A stretch of DNA of 32,000 bases from Vibrio cholerae ATCC 14035 (GTDB taxonomy: Bacteria > Pseudomonadota > Gammaproteobacteria > Enterobacterales > Vibrionaceae): assembly GCF_000621645.1 (NCBI RefSeq), contig NZ_JHXR01000003.1, positions 90,001 to 122,000 of the forward strand, read 5' to 3'. Both the position numbers and the translations under genes were made by a program. Each line of letters begins with the position of its first letter. The first letter of the stretch is position 1. The notes beneath the pieces were generated by a model that saw nothing but the letters and a program-made list of their open reading frames with translations, had not been told where the DNA came from and did not search any database. Below, piece by piece: positions 22,556 through 32,000 of this stretch.

Positions 22556-23029
22556 TCAATCGTCTTTCTGATTTGCTTTCGCTAAACGCGCTAAGCTCTG
22601 TAAGCGTTTTTTGACTTTATCAGAAGCTTGATCGGCAATCGCGAGCAGCACATGAGCGGCATGTTCAGAGAGCGGTGGGCGAGGATTTGCCGCCCGAGCA
22701 TCCTCAGAGGTGATTTTGCTTTGCCGATACAACTCAGGATTGACTCGCACTTCGATACTGATCAAATGGCCAAACCCGTTTTGCCTAAGCTGAGTCAAAA
22801 TATGTAAACGCTCATAATCGACTTTCATTTTGAGCGCTGCGCTGGCTGCTTCAAGCACCAAATTGCCACCGCGCACATTGGCGGCGCGCACTTGGGTTTT
22901 TAAGCCTTTGGGCAGGATGTCTTGTAATTGGCGATTAATAAGCAAAATCGCTTTTGCATGCTCTTGGATCTGCTTGAGTTTGGATGCCTGAATCAACTCA
23001 TCGGTAGCGGTAGGGCGGTGATCACGCAT
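22556..23029 (-). CDS. dciA: DUF721 / DciA-family protein (putative replicative-helicase loader)
   Basis: 157 aa. The central block RAANVRGGNLVLEAASAALKMKVDYERLHILTQLRQNGFGHLISIEVRVNP fits the DUF721 pattern as I remember it, followed by a basic, probably disordered tail. Strong RBS (AAGGAG, 6-nt spacing) before the ATG. Family assignment is from memory, not a search. Confidence 0.6.
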   Translation of the reverse strand: MRDHRPTATDELIQASKLKQIQEHAKAILLINRQLQDILPKGLKTQVRAANVRGGNLVLEAASAALKMKVDYERLHILTQLRQNGFGHLISIEVRVNPELYRQSKITSEDARAANPRPPLSEHAAHVLLAIADQASDKVKKRLQSLARLAKANQKDD

Positions 23030-23382
23030 CGGATTCTCCTTTGGCTGGTGTGACGCTATTCTAACGCGCTTCTTGGCACATCGAAACGTACATCTTAGTT
23101 TGCCAAGATGAATTAAAAAGCGCGAGAAACCTTGTAAACATTGGGCTTAGTGCACAAAACCGCAAGCTCGTATTCAACAAATCATAGAGAACCTTGGTTG
23201 TTGAGACAAAAATTCCTTAAACTAGGCAGCACTTAATTAACTGCGTGCCTTGAAAATAAACGCTGTCATCACAATATCTCACACAGATGACTTATCTCAG
23301 TATCCTTAGTTGAAAATAGGTAGAGACTAAAGACATTCCAAGGTCGATAGACAGCGATTTAGCACAGAGAGATTCACAACAA

Positions 23383-26094
23383 ATGATAACTAAGCTACTG
23401 ACAAAGGTGATTGGCAGTCGCAATGACCGCACACTGCGCCGTTTACGCAAGATTGTAAAAGAGATTAATAACTACGAACCCGCCTTTGAAGCCCTCTCCG
23501 ATGAAGAGCTAAAAGCGAAAACTGTCGAGTTCCGTCAACGCATTGAACAGGGCGAAAACCTTGATCAACTGTTGCCAGAAGCTTTTGCCACCGTGCGCGA
23601 AGCTTCTAAGCGTGTGTTCGGCATGCGCCATTTTGATGTACAGCTGATTGGCGGTATGGTGCTGCATGGCGGTCAAATCGCTGAGATGCGTACGGGTGAA
23701 GGTAAAACGCTAACCGCAACGCTGGCTGCTTACCTGAATGCCCTACCTGGCAAAGGCGTACACATTGTTACGGTCAACGACTACTTGGCCAAACGTGACG
23801 CAGAAACCAACCGACCACTCTTCGAATTCTTAGGCATGACCGTGGGTGTGAATATTCCCAACATGCCGCAGCCTGCTAAAAAAGAGGCTTACCAAGCCGA
23901 CATCCTGTACGGCACCAACAACGAATTTGGTTTTGACTACCTGCGCGATAACATGGCGTTTCGCCCTGAAGATCGCGTGCAACGTGCTCGCTTCTTTGCT
24001 GTGGTCGATGAAGTGGACTCAATCTTAATCGATGAAGCACGTACCCCGCTGATTATCTCAGGTCCTGCGGAAGACAGTTCGGATCTCTACATCCGTATCA
24101 ACAAGTTGATCCCGCTACTGCAAAAGCAAGATAAAGAAGATTCGGAAGAGTACCGCGGTGACGGTCACTTCACCGTGGATGAAAAATCTAAGCAGGTGCA
24201 TCTGACCGAAACGGGTCAAGAGTTCGTTGAAGAGCTGCTAGTGAAAAACGGCATGATGCAAGAGGGTGATACGCTTTACTCTCCCGCTAACATTAGCTTG
24301 CTGCACCACGTTAACGCGGCATTACGTGCGCATGTTCTGTTTGAAAAGAACGTCGATTACATCGTGACACCCGATGGTGAAGTGGTGATCGTTGATGAAC
24401 ATACCGGTCGTACTATGCCGGGTCGTCGCTGGTCTGATGGTCTGCACCAAGCGGTAGAAGCAAAAGAAGGGGTGAAGATCCAGAACGAAAACCAAACTCT
24501 GGCTTCGATCACTTTCCAAAACTACTTCCGTCTGTATGAAAAGCTGTCTGGTATGACGGGTACCGCTGATACCGAAGCGTTTGAATTCCAACAAATTTAT
24601 GGTTTGGAAACAGTTGTTATTCCAACCAACAAGCCGATGGTGCGTAACGATATGCCGGATGTGGTGTATCGCTCTGAGGCGGAAAAGTTTGCCGCGATCA
24701 TTGAAGATATCAAACAGCGTGTTGAGAAAGGTCAACCTGTGTTGGTGGGTACGGTTTCGATTGAGAAATCAGAATTGCTCTCCAATGCACTGAAAAAAGC
24801 AGGCATCAAGCACAATGTTCTGAACGCGAAGTTCCATGAAAAAGAAGCGGAAATTGTTGCTGAAGCCGGTAAACCTGGCGCAGTCACCATCGCAACTAAC
24901 ATGGCGGGTCGTGGTACGGATATCGTATTGGGTGGCAGCTGGCAAGCCAAAGTGGAGAAGCTGGACAACCCAACCCAAGAGCAAATTGATGCGATTAAAG
25001 CTGAGTGGAAGCAAGTGCACGATCAAGTGTTGCAAGCGGGCGGCCTACACATCATTGGTACTGAGCGTCACGAATCTCGCCGTATCGATAACCAGCTACG
25101 TGGTCGTTCTGGTCGTCAAGGTGATGCGGGTTCATCGCGTTTCTATCTCTCAATGGAAGATACTTTACTGCGTATTTTCACCTCTGATCGTATGGCGGCA
25201 TTGATCCAAAGCGGTATGGATGAAGGCGAAGCGATTGAGTCAAAAATGCTCTCTCGCTCGATTGAAAAAGCGCAGCGTAAAGTAGAAGGCCGTAACTTCG
25301 ACATTCGTAAACAGTTGCTGGAATACGATGACGTAGCGAACGATCAGCGTAAAGTCGTTTACGAACTGCGTGATGAACTGATGAGCGCAGATGACATCAG
25401 CGACATGATCGCGCAAAACCGTGAAGATGTGCTGAACGCGGTGATGGATGAGTACATTCCGCCACAATCTCTGGAAGATATGTGGGATATCAAAGGGTTG
25501 GAAGATCGCCTAAAGAACGATTTCGATCTACCACTACCGATCCAATCTTGGTTAGATGCTGACAACAAGCTGTATGAAGAAGCGCTACGTGAGCGCATCA
25601 TCGAGCAAGCGGTTGAGGTTTATAAAGCCAAAGAGCAAGCGGTTAGCCCTGCGGTGATGCGTAACTTTGAAAAATCTGTGATGCTGCAAACGCTAGATAC
25701 ACTGTGGAAAGAGCATCTGGCGGCGATGGATCACTTGCGTCAAGGTATTCATCTACGTGGTTACGCACAGAAAAACCCGAAACAAGAGTACAAGCGCGAG
25801 TCGTTTGAACTGTTTGAAGATCTGCTTGAGTCACTCAAATCGGATGTGATCACTGTCTTGTCCAAAGTCCGTGTTCAGCAGCAAGAAGAAGTGGAGCGTA
25901 TGGAAGCTCAACGCCGCGCGCAAGCTGAAGAAGCGGCGCGTCATGCACAAGCGCAACACGCGAGTGCTGATGATGCTGAGCAAGACGAGTCGAACCAGCC
26001 AATGGTGCGTGATGAACGCAAAGTGGGCCGTAACGAACCTTGTCCATGCGGTAGCGGTAAAAAATACAAACAGTGTCACGGGCAAATTAACTAA
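23383..26094 (+). CDS. secA: Preprotein translocase ATPase SecA
   Basis: 903 aa with Walker [43 protein letters not shown], and the C-terminal zinc-binding [14 protein letters not shown]. Confidence 0.98.
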
Positions 26095-26116
26095 GCCAGT
26101 TTCACCTTATTAAATA

Positions 26117-26142
26117 AAAGAGTCGCTAAGGCGACTCTTTTT
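26117..26142 (+). terminator. Rho-independent terminator of secA
   Basis: AAAGAGTCGC (26117-26126), loop TAAG, GCGACTCTTT (26131-26140), extending into TTTTT. Confidence 0.75.
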
Positions 26143-26243
26143 ATACCCAAACAACTTGAAGTTACAGCCAACACCGCTGTGGCTTTGAGTAGGAAAGGTA
26201 TACAACTGAAATTCACGTCAGCCAGAAATACAGGAGTCGCCCC

Positions 26244-26642
26244 TTGAAACGCATCCACATTGTTGCAGGGATCATCTTCAACTCAGATCAGAGCGAAATT
26301 TTCATCACCAAACGTCCCGACCATCTGCATAAAGGCGGTTTTTGGGAGTTCCCCGGTGGTAAGGTGGAAGCGGGAGAAAGCCGAGAGCAAGCCATGGTTC
26401 GTGAGCTTGAAGAAGAGATCGGCATTACCGTGACGGAGCAACAAGCTTTCCAACATTTTGATTTCGACTATACGGACAAATCGCTGAGCTTCGATTTTAT
26501 GCTCGTGACGGCTTTTGATGGTCAGCCTCATGGCCGTGAAGGCCAGCAAGGCGGTTGGGTGAAAATTGCCGATCTGGCCAATTACCGCTTTCCTGAAGCG
26601 AATGATCCGGTGGTGAAGCAAGTGATTGCTCAATTTGGTTAA
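26244..26642 (+). CDS. mutT: 8-oxo-dGTP diphosphatase (Nudix hydrolase MutT)
   Basis: 132 aa with Nudix box GGKVEAGESREQAMVRELEEEIGI. TTG start with AGGAG 7 nt upstream. It lies downstream of secA, as in E. coli. Confidence 0.88.
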   Translation: MKRIHIVAGIIFNSDQSEIFITKRPDHLHKGGFWEFPGGKVEAGESREQAMVRELEEEIGITVTEQQAFQHFDFDYTDKSLSFDFMLVTAFDGQPHGREGQQGGWVKIADLANYRFPEANDPVVKQVIAQFG

Positions 26643-26702
26643 GTGGTTTTTTCCTCGCTTGGCCAAGTCGTGAGGCTAGCCAGAGTGGAAGATAGTTGGT
26701 AG

Positions 26703-27566
<864 letters not shown>

Positions 27567-27579
27567 ATACATAATTATG

Positions 27580-27606
27580 CGCCAGCGAACTGCTGGCGTT
27601 TTTTTT
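27580..27606 (+). terminator. Rho-independent terminator of dapB
   Basis: CGCCAGC (27580-27586), loop GAACT, GCTGGCG (27592-27598), followed by 8 T (27599-27606). Confidence 0.85.
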
Positions 27607-27660
27607 ATCCTTAAAACTTGATTAAAAATCTTCTCATCCATTTTCAGCGAAAGCTAAGCT

Positions 27661-27768
27661 TGTTTTGTTGTTATTTTGTCTTCTTGGTGTGCGTTTTGTG
27701 GTTTTGTCTTTGTTTTTGGATAAAAACTTGGCTTGTTAACGATTGCTTTATGTGTGGTTGTTTTTTTG
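27661..27768 (+). repeat. Strongly strand-asymmetric G+T-rich low-complexity tract with reiterated TTTTGT
   Basis: By hand count, 53 of 58 nt in 27661-27718 are G or T (1 A, 4 C). TTTTGT occurs at 27663, 27674, 27694 and 27702, plus TTTTTG at 27713. The skew continues more weakly to ~27768. No function is assigned. Confidence 0.8.
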
Positions 27769-27859
27769 CCACCTATTTCCATTTTTAAAATGTTCTTTCT
27801 CACCGAGTGGGGGATGAATAGACAGGAATGACTGAGTAAAGATGTTTTTTTGATGGTTT

Positions 27860-27877
27860 TGATGAATAAATTCATCA
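27860..27877. promoter_or_regulatory. 18-bp palindrome TGATGAAT-AA-ATTCATCA; candidate dimeric regulator site upstream of carA P1
   Basis: Perfect 8-bp inverted arms with a 2-bp spacer, centred ~46 bp upstream of the -35 hexamer at 27915. Flanked by the direct repeats TTTTGATG (27848, 27857) and GATGAATA (27813, 27861). Confidence 0.4.
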
Positions 27878-27914
27878 GACTCTCGTAAAGATAAATTAAA
27901 TTTTTAGGCTTGTG

Positions 27915-27943
27915 TTGACAGCCTCCGATCACATCCCTAGAAT
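27915..27943 (+). promoter_or_regulatory. Near-consensus sigma70 promoter, likely carAB P1 (TTGACA-N17-TAGAAT)
   Basis: A perfect -35 TTGACA at 27915-27920, a 17-bp spacer, and -10 TAGAAT at 27938-27943, ~100 nt upstream of the carA start. Confidence 0.55.
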
Positions 27944-28001
27944 ATCGCCAATTTGTCTATAGCATCCTAATGCATGAACTCGTGGCTAGTAGGAAGACGA
28001 A

Positions 28002-28040
28002 TTTGCAAAATAATTTATTTTTGATGCATTTTTATTCTGG
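28002..28040 (+). promoter_or_regulatory. Tandem ARG-box-like operator (two 18-bp boxes separated by 3 bp) just upstream of carA
   Basis: Box A at 28002-28019 (TTTGCAAAATAATTTATT) and box B at 28023-28040 (GATGCATTTTTATTCTGG) were compared with the E. coli ARG box WNTGAATWWWWATTCANW. About 13/16 and 12/16 defined positions match. The 3-bp spacing is the canonical ArgR operator geometry. Box B runs into the GGAGG Shine-Dalgarno (28039-28043). Confidence 0.55.
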
Positions 28041-28048
28041 AGGTTATC

Positions 28049-29188
28049 TTGAGTAAATCAGCACTGTTAGTCCTAGAAGATGGGACAGTGTTCCGCGGAG
28101 TGTCCATCGGGGCAGATGGTATTTCCGTCGGTGAAGTCGTTTTCAATACCTCGATGACGGGGTACCAAGAAATCCTCACTGATCCTTCTTATTCCCAGCA
28201 AATCGTTACTCTTACTTATCCTCACATTGGCAATACCGGAACCAACTCCGAAGACGAAGAATCCACCGCGATTCATGCTCAAGGCCTTGTGATTCGCGAT
28301 CTCCCTCTTATCGCTTCTAACTTCCGCAGTGAACAATCCCTCTCTGATTATCTCAAGTCACAAAACATTGTCGGTATTGCTGACATTGATACCCGTAAAC
28401 TGACTCGTATCTTGCGTGAGAAAGGCGCACAGAACGGCTGCATCATGGCGGGCGATAATCTGGATGAAGCATTAGCACTGGCGAAAGCGAAAGAGTTTCC
28501 GGGCCTGAAAGGCATGGATCTCGCGAAAGTGGTTTCCACCAAAGAAGCGTATGCGTGGAAACAAGGCTCATGGACGCTAGAAGGCGGCCTACCTGAAGCG
28601 AAAGCGGACAGCGAGCTGCCTTACCATGTTGTGGCTTACGATTTTGGTGCGAAGCGTAACATCCTACGTATGTTGGTGGATCGTGGCTGCCGCTTAACTG
28701 TGGTACCGGCGCAGACCTCTGCAGAAGACGTGCTCGCCCTTAATCCAGACGGTGTGTTTCTATCCAATGGCCCAGGCGACCCAGAGCCATGTACTTATGC
28801 GATTGAAGCCACACGCGTTTTCCTTGAGAAAAACATTCCTGTTTTTGGGATCTGTCTAGGTCACCAAATTCTGGCACTCGCCTCCGGCGCGAAAACAGTA
28901 AAAATGAAGTTCGGTCACCATGGTGCAAACCATCCAGTGAAAGATTTGGATCGCGGTGTGGTGATGATCACCTCGCAAAACCACGGTTTTGCAGCCGATG
29001 AAGCGACTCTGCCTGACAACCTGCGTGCAACCCACAAATCGCTGTTTGATGGTTCACTGCAAGGGATTCATCGTACCGACAAGCCAGCGTTTAGCTTCCA
29101 AGGCCACCCAGAAGCAAGCCCAGGTCCACACGATGCAGCACCGCTGTTTGACCACTTTATTGAACTGATTAAACAATTCCGCGCTTAA
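28049..29188 (+). CDS. carA: Carbamoyl-phosphate synthase small (glutaminase) subunit
   Basis: 379 aa. [16 protein letters not shown]... is collinear with E. coli CarA, which also starts at UUG. GATase catalytic site [10 protein letters not shown], plus HHGANHPV and [18 protein letters not shown] lies 5 nt upstream of TTG 28049. Confidence 0.96.
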   Translation: MSKSALLVLEDGTVFRGVSIGADGISVGEVVFNTSMTGYQEILTDPSYSQQIVTLTYPHIGNTGTNSEDEESTAIHAQGLVIRDLPLIASNFRSEQSLSDYLKSQNIVGIADIDTRKLTRILREKGAQNGCIMAGDNLDEALALAKAKEFPGLKGMDLAKVVSTKEAYAWKQGSWTLEGGLPEAKADSELPYHVVAYDFGAKRNILRMLVDRGCRLTVVPAQTSAEDVLALNPDGVFLSNGPGDPEPCTYAIEATRVFLEKNIPVFGICLGHQILALASGAKTVKMKFGHHGANHPVKDLDRGVVMITSQNHGFAADEATLPDNLRATHKSLFDGSLQGIHRTDKPAFSFQGHPEASPGPHDAAPLFDHFIELIKQFRA

Positions 29189-29204
29189 TTTGGAGTAGTA
29201 GATA

Positions 29205-32000
29205 ATGCCAAAACGTACTGACATTCAAAGCATCCTTATCCTTGGTGCGGGTCCAATTGTTATCGGTCAGGCTTGTGAGTTTGACTACTCAGGCGCGCAA
29301 GCGTGTAAAGCCCTGCGCGAAGAGGGTTACCGCGTTATTCTGGTTAACTCAAACCCAGCGACCATCATGACTGACCCAGAAATGGCCGATGCGACTTACA
29401 TCGAGCCTATCCACTGGGAAGTGGTGCGTAAGATCATCGAAAAAGAGCGCCCAGATGCGATTTTGCCCACCATGGGCGGCCAGACTGCGCTGAACTGTGC
29501 GCTGGCACTCGAAAAACATGGCGTATTGGCTGAGTTTGGCGTTGAGATGATCGGCGCAACCGCCGATGCGATTGATAAAGCGGAAGACCGCTCACGCTTT
29601 GATAAAGCGATGAAATCAATCGGCCTAGAGTGTCCTCGCGCTGATACCGCAAAAAGCATGGAAGAAGCGTACAAAGTCCTCGATATGGTCGGCTTCCCAT
29701 GTATCATCCGTCCTTCTTTCACCATGGGCGGCAGCGGTGGTGGTATCGCTTACAACCGTGAAGAGTTTGAAGAAATCTGTACTCGCGGTCTGGATCTTTC
29801 ACCGACCAATGAACTGCTGATCGATGAATCGCTGATTGGTTGGAAAGAGTACGAGATGGAAGTGGTGCGTGATAAGAACGATAACTGCATCATCGTCTGT
29901 GCGATTGAAAACTTCGACCCAATGGGCATCCACACGGGTGACTCGATCACAGTCGCTCCAGCGCAAACCCTGACGGACAAAGAATACCAAATCATGCGTA
30001 ACGCCTCTTTGGCGGTACTGCGTGAAATCGGCGTAGAAACCGGCGGTTCAAACGTTCAGTTTGGTATCAACCCGAAAGATGGTCGCATGGTGATCATCGA
30101 GATGAACCCACGTGTGTCGCGCTCTTCGGCGTTGGCTTCCAAAGCCACCGGTTTCCCAATTGCGAAAGTGGCGGCCAAACTGGCGGTGGGTTTCACTCTC
30201 GATGAGTTGATGAACGACATCACAGGCGGCGCAACGCCAGCTTCGTTCGAACCGACCATCGACTACGTGGTCACTAAGATTCCTCGTTTCAACTTCGAAA
30301 AATTCGCCGGTGCCAATGACCGCCTGACCACACAAATGAAGTCAGTCGGTGAAGTGATGGCGATTGGTCGTAACCAACAAGAATCACTGCAAAAAGCACT
30401 GCGCGGCTTGGAAGTCGGTGCGGCTGGTCTGGATGAGAAAGTGGATCTGGACGCGCCAGATGCCCTGACCAAAATTCGTTATGAGCTGAAAGAAGCAGGC
30501 GCAGAGCGTATTTGGTACATCGCGGATGCCTTCCGTGCCGGTATGTCAGTGGATGGGGTATTTAACCTGACCAACATTGATCGCTGGTTCCTAGTGCAAA
30601 TCGAAGAACTGGTGAAGCTTGAAGCCGAAGTGAAAGCCGGTGGCTTTGCGGGCTTGAACCAAGACGTATTGCGTAAGATGAAGCGCAAAGGCTTCTCTGA
30701 TGCGCGTCTGTCAAAACTGCTGGGCGTTAGCGAAAACGAAATCCGTCGTCTGCGTGACCAATACAACATCCACCCAGTTTACAAGCGTGTGGATACCTGC
30801 GCGGCAGAATTTAAGTCAGATACCGCTTACATGTACTCCACGTATGATGAAGAGTGTGAAGCCAATCCGACTGACAAAGACAAGATCATGGTGCTGGGCG
30901 GTGGTCCAAACCGTATCGGTCAAGGTATCGAGTTTGACTACTGCTGTGTACACGCCGCGCTTGCACTGCGTGAAGATGGTTACGAAACCATCATGGTTAA
31001 CTGTAACCCAGAAACCGTATCAACCGATTACGACACCTCAGATCGCCTCTACTTTGAGCCTGTAACTCTAGAGGATGTGCTGGCTATCGTGCGTGTTGAG
31101 AAGCCAAAAGGCGTGATCGTGCAGTACGGCGGTCAAACACCACTGAAACTGGCGCGAGCGCTGGAAGCGGCTGGCGTACCTGTGATTGGTACCAGCCCAG
31201 ATGCGATTGACCGCGCTGAAGACCGTGAACGTTTCCAACAAGCGGTACAGCGTTTAGGCCTCAAACAGCCAGACAACGCAACCGTAACCGCTATCGAGCA
31301 AGCGATTGAGAAGTCGCGTGAAATCGGTTTCCCACTCGTAGTTCGCCCCTCTTATGTTCTGGGTGGCCGTGCGATGGAGATTGTGTACGATGAGCAAGAT
31401 CTGCGTCGTTACTTCAACGAAGCGGTGAGCGTGTCGAATGAATCACCAGTTCTGCTGGATCGCTTCCTTGATGATGCAACCGAAGTGGACGTGGATGCGA
31501 TTTGTGACGGTGAGCGCGTGGTGATTGGCGGCATCATGGAGCACATTGAACAAGCGGGTGTTCACTCAGGTGACTCAGCCTGTTCTCTGCCGGCTTACAC
31601 CTTGAGCCAAGAAATCCAAGACAAGATGCGTGAGCAAGTTGAGAAGTTGGCATTTGAACTCGGTGTTCGTGGCCTGATGAACATTCAGTTTGCAGTCAAA
31701 GACAACGAAGTTTACCTGATTGAAGTAAACCCACGTGCTGCGCGTACTGTGCCGTTTGTTTCTAAAGCAACCGGTGCTCCGCTGGCGAAAATCGCGGCGC
31801 GCGTGATGGTTGGACAAACTCTGGAGCAACAAGGCTTCACCAAAGAGATCATTCCACCTTACTACTCAGTTAAAGAAGTGGTTCTGCCGTTCAACAAGTT
31901 CCCGGGGGTTGACCCACTGCTTGGCCCTGAAATGCGCTCAACCGGTGAAGTGATGGGTGTGGGTGCCACGTTTGCTGAAGCCTATGCTAAAGCAGAGTTG
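29205..32000 (+). CDS. carB: Carbamoyl-phosphate synthase large subunit, N-terminal 932 codons (3' end outside the window)
   Basis: ATG 29205 with GGAG at 29192-29195. [58 protein letters not shown], and the second ATP-grasp half starts [25 protein letters not shown]. The frame stays open to the window end, which is why it is missing from the ORF track. Confidence 0.96.
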   Translation, partial: MPKRTDIQSILILGAGPIVIGQACEFDYSGAQACKALREEGYRVILVNSNPATIMTDPEMADATYIEPIHWEVVRKIIEKERPDAILPTMGGQTALNCALALEKHGVLAEFGVEMIGATADAIDKAEDRSRFDKAMKSIGLECPRADTAKSMEEAYKVLDMVGFPCIIRPSFTMGGSGGGIAYNREEFEEICTRGLDLSPTNELLIDESLIGWKEYEMEVVRDKNDNCIIVCAIENFDPMGIHTGDSITVAPAQTLTDKEYQIMRNASLAVLREIGVETGGSNVQFGINPKDGRMVIIEMNPRVSRSSALASKATGFPIAKVAAKLAVGFTLDELMNDITGGATPASFEPTIDYVVTKIPRFNFEKFAGANDRLTTQMKSVGEVMAIGRNQQESLQKALRGLEVGAAGLDEKVDLDAPDALTKIRYELKEAGAERIWYIADAFRAGMSVDGVFNLTNIDRWFLVQIEELVKLEAEVKAGGFAGLNQDVLRKMKRKGFSDARLSKLLGVSENEIRRLRDQYNIHPVYKRVDTCAAEFKSDTAYMYSTYDEECEANPTDKDKIMVLGGGPNRIGQGIEFDYCCVHAALALREDGYETIMVNCNPETVSTDYDTSDRLYFEPVTLEDVLAIVRVEKPKGVIVQYGGQTPLKLARALEAAGVPVIGTSPDAIDRAEDRERFQQAVQRLGLKQPDNATVTAIEQAIEKSREIGFPLVVRPSYVLGGRAMEIVYDEQDLRRYFNEAVSVSNESPVLLDRFLDDATEVDVDAICDGERVVIGGIMEHIEQAGVHSGDSACSLPAYTLSQEIQDKMREQVEKLAFELGVRGLMNIQFAVKDNEVYLIEVNPRAARTVPFVSKATGAPLAKIAARVMVGQTLEQQGFTKEIIPPYYSVKEVVLPFNKFPGVDPLLGPEMRSTGEVMGVGATFAEAYAKAEL

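Noticed and set aside
23287-23313. 8-codon mini-ORF (MTYLSILS) about 70 nt upstream of secA as a possible leader or arrest peptide
   Set aside because: There is no Shine-Dalgarno upstream, no signal-peptide-like or known arrest motif, and it is far too short compared with SecM. It is kept only as a note under the secA-leader finding.
27860-27877. Reading the 18-bp palindrome as a canonical ArgR ARG box or a Fur box
   Set aside because: The TGAAT and ATTCA halves are separated by 2 nt rather than the 4 W positions of the ARG box, and the GATAAT hexamer periodicity of a Fur box is absent. It is therefore left as an unassigned operator candidate.
27654-27932. 92-aa minus-strand ORF covering the dapB-carA intergenic region
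   Set aside because: It is a GTG-start ORF that begins just downstream of the perfect -35 hexamer of the carA promoter and reads back through it. The sequence is dominated by K/T/N/Q from the C/A-rich strand of the G+T tract. I saw no RBS and no recognisable domain, so it is most likely a composition artefact.

Overview
Ordinary, highly conserved core-chromosome window from a Vibrio. Gene order, protein sequences and moderate GC look like Vibrio cholerae chromosome 1; this is from memory and cannot be verified here. I support 23 protein genes and one RNA gene. All are on the + strand except one small gene. In order they are: the 3' part of aceE, aceF and lpdA (pyruvate dehydrogenase); rnpB (RNase P RNA); a complete dcw cell-wall/division cluster (rsmH-ftsL-ftsI-murE-murF-mraY-murD-ftsW-murG-murC-ftsQ-ftsA-ftsZ); lpxC; a minus-strand DUF721/DciA-like gene; secA; mutT; dapB; carA; and the first 932 codons of carB. 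I see no mobile element, CRISPR array, integrase, toxin-antitoxin pair, defence-type gene or unexplained multi-gene block, so I do not claim a novel system here. The points worth a second look are architectural and regulatory. (1) The dcw cluster lacks mraZ and starts about 180 bp after rnpB on the same strand. (2) There is no ddl between murC and ftsQ; that gap carries a near-consensus promoter. (3) A DciA-type gene, plus a 353-bp ORF-free secA leader, sits where enterobacteria have secM. (4) The 442-bp dapB-carA control region is unusual. It contains a strongly G+T-skewed tract, an 18-bp palindrome with reiterated GATGAATA motifs, a near-consensus promoter, and tandem ARG-box-like sites that reach the carA Shine-Dalgarno just upstream of the UUG start. 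All coordinates were indexed by hand against the ORF track. Promoter, terminator and operator calls are sequence-pattern inferences only.
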